NCBI GenBank assembly: GCA_013265495.1
Contig: MU058584.1
Coordinates: 7,220,407-7,284,406, forward strand
Direction of reading: 5' to 3'
Length of the DNA: 64,000 nt
From: Vicugna vicugna
Lineage: Eukaryota
The number at the start of each line of letters is the position of its first letter. Position 1 is the stretch's first letter. A program made the position numbers and the translations under genes. Below are positions 21,327-33,300 of this stretch, piece by piece. The notes under the pieces are model-generated. The model was not told the DNA's origin, did no database searches, and saw only the letters and a list, made by a program, of their open reading frames with translations.

Positions 21327-23750
21327 TCATTCATTCAACAAACATTTAAGCATCTACTGTGCACCAGACACTCTACTGGGCACTGGGTATATAGCTCTGA
21401 TCAAAACAGACAAAGCCTTTTCTTTGTAGAGCTTACTTTCAGGTGTGTGTGTCTGTGGAACAGATAACAAACAACTTAAAATTTAATTATATACGATAGT
21501 AGAAGATACGTGCTACAGAGAAAAATCAGGGGGAAGGAGACTAGAAATTGTGTGTGAGGGAGTACAATTCTAAGTGGAATGGGCAGGTAAAGTGTTCCTG
21601 AGGAAGTAACTTTTGAGCCTAGATTCAAAAAGAAGTGAGAGGATGAGCCTTGTGACCATTTGAATTGGGTACTTCAAGAAGAGGGATGAGCAAGTGAAAA
21701 CAAACCTCATGAAGCAATGTGTTGGTTATTTTCAAGGAACAACAAGGAAGTCTGTGTCTGTAGCAAAGTGAGTGAAGGGGAAAGTTGTAGATAAAGGCAG
21801 AGGAGATGCAGGATGGGGCTGGGAGGAGAGCTTTTTGAGTCAAAAGGTGACATGATGGGACCTATGTTGAAAAGGATCACTTTGGCTGCTGCATTGGGAA
21901 TAGTTAGTAGGACGGTCAGGATAGAAGTAGGGAGGCCAGATGGGAAGCTGTTATAATGATCTAGGTACTAGATGGTGGTGGCTTCGACCAGGATGTAACA
22001 GCAAAGGTGGTGAGAAACAGTCAGATTCTAGATCTCTTTTGAAGGTAGAGCCAGTAGGATTTCTTGAGGGACTGAATACACAGTGTGAGAGAAAGACAGA
22101 AGTCAAGAAGGACCATGAGGTCCTCCTGCACTGGGAACTATATTCAATACCTTGTAATAGCCTATAATGAAAAAGAATATGAAAAGGAATATATATATGA
22201 TATATATATATGTATAACTGAATCACTATGCTGGACACCAGAAATTAACTCAAAATTGTAAACTGACTACACTTCAATTAAAAAAAAAAAAGAGAATGAC
22301 CATGTTTTTTGGCTTAAGCAATTGGAAGAAAGGAGTTTACACTACCTGATATAGGTAAGAAAAAAATGATAGATCAAGTGCTGAGAGTGAGAGAGCATGT
22401 TTATATGCTGAGGGAATGATCTAGTAGAGAGACAAATTAATGATGCAGTAAAGGAGAATTGTAATTGAATAGAGAGGAGAGTAGAATCTAGTGCATATGT
22501 GGAGATCCTGTCTTAGATAGGAGTTGGGATGGTCCACGTATAGAAAAACTAGGGAAAGCAGATATATGGCTTAGAAGCTGGTAGTTTGTACTTGAGATGA
22601 TGGAAGCTAACAGAATTTCTCTTCTGATTGTTTCCTTTTTCTTTGTGAAATAGGATACAATTCCTCATTTAATGAGGATGGGGAAGAGACATGGAAGTCT
22701 GAGGAAACAGGAGAAAATGTGAAATTGTCATCTGGGAAGTGGGAAAGAGTGAATGGTCTATAGTATTTACCAGGTCCATTTGTGGTTCAGTGATATTAAC
22801 TTAAAGTGATTCCTTATAAGCATGACAATGTGTTTGTTTGTTTGTCTTCTAGCTATGTTCAGCTTCTTGAGTGCAGGCACAGAATAGGAGGAGAGCTGGA
22901 TTTTCCCAGGGCTGGGTTTTGCTAAGTAAGTGTGATACATTGAGAGAGAAGCAAAAGGGTGGAGGGTGTAAGCAAGAGAGTGTTTAAAATGACAAGCCAT
23001 GGCATTTAAACAGGATGAGGGAAGTGAGGACATGAAGGGGGTGAGCAACAGCAAAGTGACGGCAGAATTAATTGATGATAGGTCCTAGTGGGGCTGATGG
23101 ATTGTTGCAGGTGGGCACTATAAAGCATGACCTGGAAATAGAATTCGAGGGAGGTCTGAGTGCTGGAATGTTTGAACCTGAGATTATGGGTGGTTGTAAA
23201 TTTTGGAAATGACAAGGATTAGGGATTGGCCCAGGGGAGATGGACTGAGATAGGGTAGAGGACAAAATCGTTGGAGGAGAGAGGATGAAAGAACAAAGTG
23301 GACAGTGTTGAAGGTATCAATGTGAAATTGAAATCACTAAGAATTAAGATAAGCATGTTATTAGAGAGAGAGGCAGTGAGTTATGAACTAAAATCTTTGA
23401 AAAATTAGGGAGAACGACCAAAAAGTTGGTAGATGTCTACAACAAGGAGAGGTGGGGTGATAATAGACTGATATAGGTTCAAAGCTGGAAAATTAAAGGC
23501 AAAGGGAAAAGAGAAGGGTTTAGAAGCAGCAATAGCACAGAGTGTATCTATTCTACTTTTAGTCCTGAGAATTTAGGGCGCATGAAGGAGACAACAGCTA
23601 CCACTTGAGACTATTCCAGTAGAATCGGTGTCCTCAGGGGAGAATCGGGTTCTAATAGTAACTTTGGAGACAAGTTGAGAATAGAGAATTTACTGCTAAT
23701 AGACTGGGGTGCAGAGGGCACAGTGGAGAGATTTCAGGAGTAGAGGGAGG
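21327..23750 (-). mobile_element. Long L2 (L2a-like) fragment
   Basis: 3' end ATTCATTCAACAAACATTTA.AGCA.CTAC followed by continuous purine-rich antisense L2 ORF2 motifs (AAAGGATCACT.TGGCTGCT, GAAGGTAGAGCCA.AGGATTT). Confidence 0.8.
22118..22292 (+). mobile_element. Short 5'-truncated artiodactyl L1 3' end nested in L2
   Basis: GGGAACTATATTCAATACCTTGTAATAGCCTATAATG...TATAACTGAATCACT.TGCTG.ACACCAGAAA plus poly(A). TSD AGAA(G/T)GACCATG at 22106-22117 and 22293-22304. Confidence 0.85.
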
Positions 23751-25924
23751 CAGAAGTAAAAGAGATGACCAGACTTAACAAAAATAACAGAGGGCTCATG
23801 TTTAACATACAGATTATTAACAACAGTATGAGAAAGTTCTTTACCCTGTCTGCTTCTGACCGACTGTTTCCATGAACTGGGGCTCTGCCTGCAGAGGCTG
23901 TGTGTGTCCTAGTTCCCTCCTGTCTAAAAGGATCTAGCTCTTGGAACATACAGGAAAAGCAGATAATAAGAGCCCTCAGCCAACAAGGCAAGATTAGACC
24001 TAACTGTCCATCAACTGTCTGACCAATTGCCCTAAAAGAGACTTCTCTGATTTTTTTCTTCTGTTTGGATCAAGACATGTGGGTAGGACAGAAAAATCTT
24101 TGAAGAGCCCATCTCAATTGCATGAAAGACTTGGCAATGGGAAACTTGGCCATCCCACTGCCGTGCCTAGCCCCTTGGGATTGTGAGAGAAATTGTGTCC
24201 GTGGATGGAGAGCCAACAACACTGCTGCCAGATCCTTCTCTAATTCATCACTGCTGAAAATTGGTTTTAAAAAGAAGGGAAAACATTTTTTATTAGGGTA
24301 GATGATACATAGCTCATTTGAAACATGTACACACTCATTCACAGAAAACGTAATTGTTTTCTTGCTGCTGTCATTGCCTCCTTGGCGGAGCTGTCATTTT
24401 GTAGATGCTAATGGCCTGAAGGAGACTCTCTCAGTGTGAGTGTGTGTTATGTGTGACAAATTCCTGTTCTACAGCAGGATATAAGTAGAGCATGCCCTAA
24501 TGAAATCAGAGGCATTGGACACTGAGGTTGAACTGCAGTCTTCCTAGTTGAATTTTTTATTTTTCAGAACATGTTTCTTCAGCAATAAATTGTTTTCTGG
24601 CAATTTTTACCAATAAAAATAAATACATACATAAATACATAAATGGCATAAGAAGGAGATGGAGTTGAAGCTGCCTGTTTCCTTTCACGTGATTTTTTTT
24701 CTATTTTCTCAGTTCATATCAGCTAGCATTTATACACCTAAAATAATCTATGTGAGAATGGAAGAAAAACAGAAAAGAAATTGCCTCCAGCTACTCTAAA
24801 AGGAGAAGATTTTGAAGGTCATATAGGGAAGCACAGAGAAGATTTTATCAGAGTGACTGGTACATGGAATAGATGTGAGGGTAAAATCAAGGGTCTACAG
24901 TTTTGATCTTTTTCCGGGTTTAGCTATGAGAGCTCAGGGTATTGACTTCCCACAGTGAGTTGCTCTTTGGCAGACTTGATGAAGGACTAATTCTTAGATC
25001 TGCAAATATTTTTCAAAGACAGATGAAGATGCTAGCTGGAGAGGGTCAGCAGGCTGAGGGAAACAGGGTAGAGTGGGAGTCCTGCTCAAATAGTCACCAA
25101 GGAAAGTAAAGAAGAGGCCTCCACTGGGAGTGGGAAGTTTGGAGATCCTTGGTTACAGAGATCTGGGTTCCTTTGCATAATTTTGACTGAGAATTTAAAG
25201 ATTATACTTGTGTGATTGGCTACCTTGATTCTCCTTTAAGCCCTTTTCATCTATACATAATAGAACAACAGAAGTTGTAAAGAAATTAAGCTAAATTGTA
25301 ATTTCTTCATCAAAGTTAACCTTGGCCCCTTTTTTTTTGGCCTCCTCTTAACTTGCTCCTTCCTGAATGTTCTTCCCTATTTGTGAAAACTCATCTTGCT
25401 TTGTCATGCTTGATTCCTTGTTACTTTCATCTATACTGTTGGGTTACTTCTGGGTTCTTCCTAGGAGTGAACTCCCACAATTCTAACTTACCAGATGAAG
25501 GAATCCTAAGATTGAGATCCATGAATGGTAAGATTCTTGAAGATATTTCATCACTTAGATCATTTAAAAATTTCAGTTAATCAAGAAGAAAAAACCTTTT
25601 GGTGAATTAATAAAACATCTCTACAATTGCTGTGTAGGTTTGAATAATTATAAATAAAACATCTAATAGTCATTTGGTACTGTGCAGTTCACAGAATATT
25701 TTTGTATTCATTATTTATTTGATTTTACAATAGTTCTTTGAATTAAAAATGAACCTTAATTTCATCTGTAAAATGGATATATTAAGGGCTGGGAGGGTGA
25801 ATCACAGTACCAGTGGGGACTTGAATTTCAATCTGCTGACTTAAGGTCATGGCAATTGAAATAATTTATGTAAAGATAAAACCTGCTCTTGTTTACAAAT
25901 AGTGTGCATTTAAAAAAATCAATT

Positions 25925-26178
25925 AAAAATGTTTTAATACAATTTTTAAAGGTTACACCCCATTTACCATTATTACAAAGAACTGGCTGCATTTCCCGTG
26001 TTGTACAATATATCCCTGTAGCGTATCTTGCACCCAGTAGTCTATACCGCCCACGCTCCCGCCCCTATATTGTCCCCCCACCCCTACACTGGTAAGGACT
26101 AGTTTGTTTTCTATATCTGTGAGTCTGCTTCTTTGTTATATTCACTAGTTTGTTGTTTTTTAGATTTCACGTACAAGT
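25925..26178 (-). mobile_element. Cetartiodactyl L1 3' end fragment
   Basis: TTTTTAAAGGTTAC..CCATTTAC.TTATTACAAA, CACTGGTAA..ACTAGTTTGTT.TCTATATCTGTGAGTCTGCTTCT. Confidence 0.75.
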
Positions 26179-27007
26179 TTACCACACATTTTTCAATCTC
26201 AGTATTAGGATGGCAAATGTAGGTACTATATTTTACCAGGTTCAAGGTTTTCACGTGGGGATCCAAGTATGGGCCCCTGAAATACATCAGGGAGTATCTC
26301 TGGTAGTTCTTAGTTGTGTGGCCTGAGCCAAGCCACCTAATCTCTCTGATTTCTCTCTTTCCTTAACGGAAAAGGGAACGATGTTGCTGTCTTACTGTTA
26401 GTTATAACTTCAAAGATAACTCTGCTGATCTAATGAAATGACTGACCTGAAAATGGTGGCTGTAAAGCAGTATACAAAAGCTGTCAGTGTTCATCACAAC
26501 CGCCTTTGGCAAAAGGTCCAGGGTAGAGGGAACTGGGCTTCAACTGGGCCTTAATGTGTATGATCAGGGGTGAACTTTTCTGAGGTTTACAATTCTCTTG
26601 TGAAATGAAAGAGAGGAGCCCAAGTGAAATAGGCAAAGCTGTCCTAGAACACTGAGAGGTCTGGCATGTCTGTGAGGCCCTCTCCACTCCCAGACCACCC
26701 CTGCCTGAGATGGCACTGCTGGAATGTGACTTTTTCTAAGAGATAGAAAGAAATACCGTAAGCCATTATCTAGTCTTCTCTTTAAGTGAATGTTTTCCCA
26801 TTAACATAATACTCAGAGATCCCGTAAGAATGATTCTACATTGGCAGAATTTTGCAGTCATTGCAAGCTCCTTGGAGGGTGAGTGGGTATACTTTTATTT
26901 TGGATTATGGCTACCTACTACTGAGGTTGTCCCCAGACTGAGACTACTTTGTATCACACTTTGTCACCATTTTATGTAGCACCATTACATAAATGCCAGA
27001 GATCACT

Positions 27008-27260
27008 TGTTTTTATCGCAGTATAATTTACATAAAACCCAAAGCACCATTTTAAGAGTACAGTTCAATGCATTTTGACAAACATATACAACCATGTAAC
27101 CAGCGCCAGAGTCAAGACATAGTTTTCATGTGCTCCCTTGCAGCCAATCCATTGTCCCCACCCTTGCTCTGGACTTCCTGTCAACATAGCTTAGTTCTGC
27201 TTAGTCTAGAATGTCATATAAATGTATTCGTATCAGATGTCATGTTTTATGTCTGGCTTG
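27008..27260 (-). mobile_element. L1M 3' end fragment
   Basis: GTATAATTTACATA..CCATTTTAAG.GTACAGTTCAATG..TTTTGACAAA..CATGTAACCA. Confidence 0.7.
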
Positions 27261-29951
27261 TTGGTGCAGTAGAATTATGGCCTCTGCTTTAGGCAAACAA
27301 AATTCAGTGCATATAACTACTTCGCTACAATTGTGAATAGCCTGCAGTTTTGTGTCCTGAATGAACTTGTAGCTAATGATAGTCCATGTGATCGTGGTGA
27401 CCAGGGCTTGTGACATTTTTGCTCTTTGAATCAGAAAGAAATGTTTCCCATTTAAAAATCTTAGCTACCGTTAGCCAGTTATCAGCTGCCAGTGAGTGGC
27501 AAAGGTTTGGGGACAGAGAAGCTTGTGGAAGCTCCTTCTATTTGCAAAGGTCTTTTAACCTTACAGTATGCAACATTCTTGTTGATAGGCTGGAGTGTAT
27601 GTAAACCAATTGTGGTTGAATCAAATGGCATTTATTCAACTTTTTAAATTGTAAGAGTGATACACGATCACTGTAGAAATTTTGCGGGATAAAAGGAAAA
27701 GGATAGTAATTTTTTCCCCATATTGTCTCACAGAGAATAACATTAAATTTCTGGACATATTTCTTTCCAGTTTTTTCCTAGACATGGTCTTTTATGTAGG
27801 TATGATAATACTTAATATTAAATTTTGTAATATTAAATTTAGTATTTCATTCATGACATTTCTCTGTGTCATAGAAAAATCTTTGTAAACAATTTTAAAT
27901 GGCCATTAATAGCTTACCAAATACATATAATTATATATATTCATAATTAAATAAATGAGAATTTAAAAGTACTAGAGGATCTTCCTCTTTAAAAGGAATC
28001 CCATGTGATTCCTGTTCTACTTTAGTGGATATGGACTATATTCACAGCAGAACACAGTTACACCGACTTGATGGAAGGAAACACACACTGGCTGCTAAAT
28101 CAGACTTAAGTGATAGAGAGAGTTCTTCCTACCTGTATCTTAATATTTTAAGCTTGCCCATTGGTATGTCTGCCCTGCATGTGTGTAGATGTAGCCATGC
28201 TTCCGTGAGACTACTGGTGAGTTTCCATCTGTCTGATCTCAAATTGTCAGAAGTGATAGGGGTAGGAGACTGGAGTGGTGCTTCCAGAGTTATTTTGCTT
28301 CTTGATGACAGCTGATGAAAAATATAGACAATAAACTGGGAGTCTTGACGCTCTCACCACCCCTCTAGGCTAAAGGAGAAAAGCCTTGAGAGGCAATAAG
28401 TGTCACCTACAGTGGCTACAGTATTGAAAGTCTGTCTGTTTATATTGGATGTTCATTGGGTTTAACAGAACCCAAAAGATGCCTGCAGACAAGCTGTTTG
28501 CAGTAGATTTCTAAAATCTGTCCATGAGACAACCTTTGGAGAAAGAGCTGAAGGACTTGAATACATCCTAAAGAACATAGAGGAATAATATTATTTACCC
28601 TGTGATACTCACAATGGACAACATGACAGATGTGTAAATTTTGGTTCAGTTCTGCTTCATAAATATTTATTGACCACCGAGCTAGGCACTGTGAGAAACA
28701 TATGGAATGTGACCCTGCAGTGATATGACTGATTAAAAAAAAATGAATTCCTGACTTCATATATTCAGGTATGTGCTGTTCTTTGAGAGGTTAAATATTT
28801 TTCTAGGGATTTTTTTTTACCACTCCCAAATTTTCTTGCTGCTCTTAGAACTTGCCTTCAAGCCTGCAGCATATTTAAAAAAATGTGTGTGTATAATATG
28901 CATATACATGTATTTAATATAGATTTAATTTTTAAAGTTAGCCAAAGTTATCTAGTGCTAAGTCCTATGAATGAGGTAGAAGATCAATGTGTATAATATT
29001 CTGCTCATCCAAAAAGATGTGGGACTGTGGAAAACTGAGTTTGATTTTGGGGGTAAAGTTCATCAATTTCGAAGGAGGAGTTCCACTGATATTGTGCAGA
29101 ATGCGGTATTACTGCCGTAAGTTTGTTGATTCTCAAAAGGGCCCTCAAGGGAAATACTCATTTAAATACAAGAGCTTTGAAGTGTTTATAAAAAGTTCTA
29201 ATTTCTTAGCTAGAAAGCCACACCTATAAAAGGTTGTTAATCTTAAGAAATCTTCTGCCTTGCTAGGAAAACAATGTGATAGAGAGCAGGAGTTGGCATT
29301 AATTACTTGGTGCTGAAACAGGGCTGAGGTGGTCATGTGATACAGTCAGGAGGCTGGTGTGCCTGACCTGGCTCCCCTTTTCAGCTTTGCACCCACCCTC
29401 AAAGGTATAGGTTGTCTTCTTGTTGGAATCTCCCCTCTCCTTTTCCCTTTCGAGTTTTCCCTTGCTAGTTGTTTTGTCCAGATTAATTTAGGAGAAAAGG
29501 GTATTGAGTGTGTCTGTGTGTGTTTAGCTCCTCGGTTCCATGTTACTGCAGGAGTGATTCTGGAAATGGGAAGTAAAAAAGGCAAACAATTAGCAAGAGT
29601 AGTTCAGGATGGTTTCTTGAAGTAGGTGAGTGAGACTAATTTGAACTAAGTTCTGGAGAACAGAGATGACATGCATTGCTTCAATGCACATGAAATTCAA
29701 ATTTGTATAATGATGATACATTCTCTGTCTAATGCATGGTAGCACTGTCTCCTACAATTGATTGCAAGACACTTGGGAAAAGGATGAGTGCTTCTGAATC
29801 TTTTGCATTCCTCACAGCACATAGCAGAGTGCAGGACAGACTCAGCCAGGCTCACCTCAACAGTCACCTCTTCTCTGAAATCTCCATGACCCTCCCCAGA
29901 CAGAATTGTTACTCCCATATTTCCATCTCATGTTCCTTTAAACAAACCCTG

Positions 29952-30318
29952 TGTCTTAGTCAGCTTGGGCTGCTAGTAACAAAATGCCATAGACAGGATG
30001 GCTTAAAGAACAGAAATTTATTTTCTCAAAATTCTGGAGTTTCGGAAGTCCAAGATCAAGGTGCCAGCTGATTCAGGTCCTGGTGAGGACTCTCTTCCTG
30101 GCTTGCAGATGACTGTCTTCTCACTGTGTTCTCACATCACACAGAAAGAGAGCAAGATCCCTAACATCTCCTCTTATAAGGATACTCATCCTATTGGATC
30201 AAGGCTCCATCCTTATGACCTCATTTAACCGTCATTACTTCCTTTCTCCAAATACAGCCACACTGGGGTTAAGGCTTCAACATACAGATTTTGAGGAGAC
30301 ACAATTCAGTCCATAGCA
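29952..30318 (-). mobile_element. Solo MaLR LTR (MLT1A/MLT1A0-like)
   Basis: Full-length TG...CA (TGTCTTAGTCAGCTTGGGCTGCT ... GGAAGTCCAAGATCAAGGTGCCAGC ... ACACAATTCAGTCCATAGCA); near-TSD CCCTG/CCCTT. Confidence 0.85.
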
Positions 30319-30667
30319 CCCTTGGAACACTTATTATATTGTATTATAGTAATTTGTGTCTGTCCCCAGTAGACTATGGTCTCCTTAGGTGCCAAGCACT
30401 GTGCTGGGAACCAAGAATCACAAAGATGGATCTTGCCCTCAAAGAGCTCTCACTGATGCAGCTTAGGTCAGTGCTCCCCTGGTGCATGAGGCTGTGGCCA
30501 TAGCACAGTTAGTTCATGCCTTTGTATCATTATGACCACTCTGGCTTCATCCATGTGGTAGTTGGAGGAGTGATTCTTAGAAAACGCATGCTGGGAAGAC
30601 ATTCTAATAGGGATCTACTTACCTTGGAGAAGATGATGCATTCAGGTTTGTTCTTCTTTTCTACTTC

Positions 30668-31108
30668 TTTTTTTAAGTTTAGGTATAACTTATAATGAAA
30701 TGAACAGATCTTAAGTGTTCAGTTCAATGAGTTTTGGTAAATGTACACTCAAGATATGGAACACTTCCATCACCTCCACAAAGATCTCTCATGTGTCTTA
30801 CAGTCAATCTTTATTCCTCAAAGGCAACCACTGGTCTGACTTCTGTTAAAATAGAACACTTTTGCTTGTTCTAGAACTTCATATAAATGGAATCATACAA
30901 TATGTACTTCGCCTGGCTTCTCTCATACAGCATATGCATCTGAGATTCCACTAAGCTGTTGCTGTATCAGAAGTCCACTCCTCTTTGTTGCTGAGAATCT
31001 TATTGTATGCTCATATCATACGTGTTTCTTCATTGACCTTTTGGTGGACATTTGGGTTGTCCTTAGTTTTTTGGTTATTATGGACATTTTTATACAAGTC
31101 TTTCTATG
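30668..31108 (-). mobile_element. L1M 3' end fragment
   Basis: GATCTTAAGTGT.CAGTTCAATGAGTTTTG, AGGCAACCACTG.TCTGACTTCT, TTCTAGAACTTCATATAAATGGAATCATACA. Confidence 0.75.
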
Positions 31109-31799
31109 GTTAGAAATTTATAGCATGAAATGTTGAAACTAGAAAAGATGAGATCAGTTTTGAATAAATTAAGTGAGAAGCGCTTGTGGGTCATTCAGGC
31201 AGCGAGATCTAGGGCCAACTGGAATACACTCTAAGGCTCAGAGGAAGGAGGTTGGCTAGTAACTTAGATTCTGTAGTCCCTAGCCATTATGAATAGTTTA
31301 AAGCTGTGAGGAAGCCTTTAGGTAGACTAAAAGGCCCATGAGTTAAATCCTGAGGGATATCCGTATTTGAAAAGAGGACCCTCTAAGGAGGCTAAGAGAA
31401 ACGTGACCATTTATCTTTGTGTCCCCAGGCAAAGGACCCGACACACAGTCACTTCTCAGTTTGCTAAATTTAACAGAATGGGTACAGAGGGCACGTTTAT
31501 TGATGGAGCCTATAGGAGATAGATCAGGAAAAGAAATGGCATGTGGAGTCGCAAAGGACAGAATGAGCTTGGTAGGTTGAAGAGGGGGATTGTTAAGGGC
31601 TAAACGCGGACTCTACCTTTGCTTAGACCGGGCTGGGAGGACCCAGCTGTTAAAGATGATTAGAAAGGGTCAACCTACGCAGGGCCTGAAATGGGATGTC
31701 AGATGGAAGTATTTAGACCCGAAAAGGCCGGCTACCCTGAGAAGAGCCAGGCTTCTGGAGTGGGATGTTAGAACATGAGACTTCCTTTTGGGAGGGGCA

Positions 31800-33300
31800 C
31801 TCTTAGGGGCGGTGCACTGGTGGCGACGCTGGCGACGGTGCTGAGCTGTTACTAGTGGTAGTGCTTTCCATTGGACTTTGGCTTTGTAGCTGCTGCAGGG
31901 GAACAGTGCCTCCGACTGCTGTTGATTTCATGTCATTTCCTGACTCTGCCTCTGAGCCTTGGTAGCACAAGACAGAGGCGGTGGCATCTGTCCGCAGCTG
32001 GGAGGCAGTGCGTGCGCGCCGGGCGGGGGATGTTTGGCTGGGAAGCCTAGGGCCGAGCAGCTGCCCAGCGCGGTGCGGGCGGGGTGGTCGCGGAGCCAGG
32101 CCACGCCCCCGCTCGCCTGCGCAGGCGCGCTTCGGGGCCGTTGCTGTCAGGAGCGCACTAGAGGCCGGTCGGCGGCGGGATCCGACGTCTGAGCTGGACC
32201 CTGCTGACTGAACCCAGCGCGGCAGCCGCGGGGAGGGCTGCGCGGCCCCGGCTCCCCGCCAGGTCGCGGAGACCAGCAGGGATTAGCGGGCAGCCGGTGG
32301 CGCAGGCACAATGGGGAACCGGGAGATGGAGGAGCTGATCCCTCTGGTGAACCGTCTGCAGGACGCCTTCTCCGCGCTGGGACAGACCTGCCTGCTGGAG
32401 CTGCCGCAGATCGCCGTGGTGGGCGGCCAGAGCGCCGGCAAGAGCTCGGTGCTTGAGAACTTCGTGGGCAGGTGAGCGCGCGGGGCGACCCGCTCCGGGC
32501 CGTTGGAACGTGGACCCGCGGCAGGAGCCCGAGGCTGGACCAGGGGCTGCGGCGGAGCCGAGGGCAGAGCAGCGGTGTCCGTGAGGCGGGCGGGGTCGTC
32601 CCGGCTCCGAGCATCCTCCGTCCCTCCCCGCCTGGTGGCCCTCCAGTCTGCCTTTCATCCTGCGATACAAAGCCATTTCCTCCCTGTCCTCGGGTTGAGG
32701 AGTCGGGGGAGGGGGGCCGCCCCAGGATCGACTTCCCCCCGCCCAGTACGCGCCAGCCCCAGCCCCGGGCAGCCTAGATGCGTAGCGCGTCCGGGCGCTT
32801 CCCGGTCCCGCTCTCCGTTTTCCCGGCTTAACATCCTCCTCCTTTTCCTGTCAGCCTCCCCGAGGCTCTCCGCGAGGCTGTGAGGTTTATTTCCCCGCCT
32901 CCCTCCCCCACTGGAGACGCTTTCCTTCTCGCCCTGGTTCTCGGCTCCTCTCAGCTGTCTACTGTTCGAGACAGCCGTCGCCTGCCCCTAGCAGGGGAGG
33001 CGGGATGCGAGGAGAAAGAAATCATTTGTTGTGGTGAAGCTTTAACGGGCGACGCTTCCCCACCATTCTCCTCTCTAGGAGTCTAAGAATAAAAGGTGGT
33101 GTGTTCGTGTGCGCACCGAGTCGCAGCTCCAGGCATCTGTCAGAGAAACCGAGGCACAGACTCTGGAGTGGGGGTGTGTGTGTGTGTGAACGTAGACTTG
33201 TGTTGTCCAGGTGCCATGTCATTCCTGCATCATCTCGGAATGGACCAGCGTCTTTCTCGCACTCTCTCCGCGCCCCCTCCCCCAGCAGCGTCTTCCGTTC
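31800..33300. promoter_or_regulatory. CpG island / TATA-less DNM3 promoter
   Basis: Dense CpG and high GC against a CpG-depleted background. GC boxes GGGCGGGG at 32021-32028 and 32077-32084, CCACGCCCC at 32101-32109, NRF1-type TGCGCAGGCGC at 32118-32128. Confidence 0.9.
32311..32471 (+). CDS. DNM3: Dynamin-3, coding exon 1 (N-terminus of the GTPase domain including the P-loop)
   Basis: Strong Kozak ACAATGG. Translates [53 protein letters not shown](R). NREMEE and CLLELP distinguish DNM3 from DNM1 and DNM2. G1 motif GQSAGKS. 161-nt exon ending at phase-2 donor CAG|GTGAGC. In-frame upstream stop at 32209-32211. Confidence 0.97.

Noticed and set aside
1..31800. Exons of the usual upstream neighbour METTL13
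   Set aside because: No recognisable methyltransferase coding sequence; it probably lies outside the window.
31981..32211. Upstream ORF in frame with DNM3 as an N-terminal extension
   Set aside because: Starts at GTG and ends at TGA 32209-32211, before the DNM3 ATG.
32147..32883. Long ORFs (101-172 aa) on both strands in the CpG island
   Set aside because: Stop-poor GC-rich shadow frames overlapping DNM3 exon 1 and intron 1; Arg/Pro/Gly-rich with no recognisable domain.
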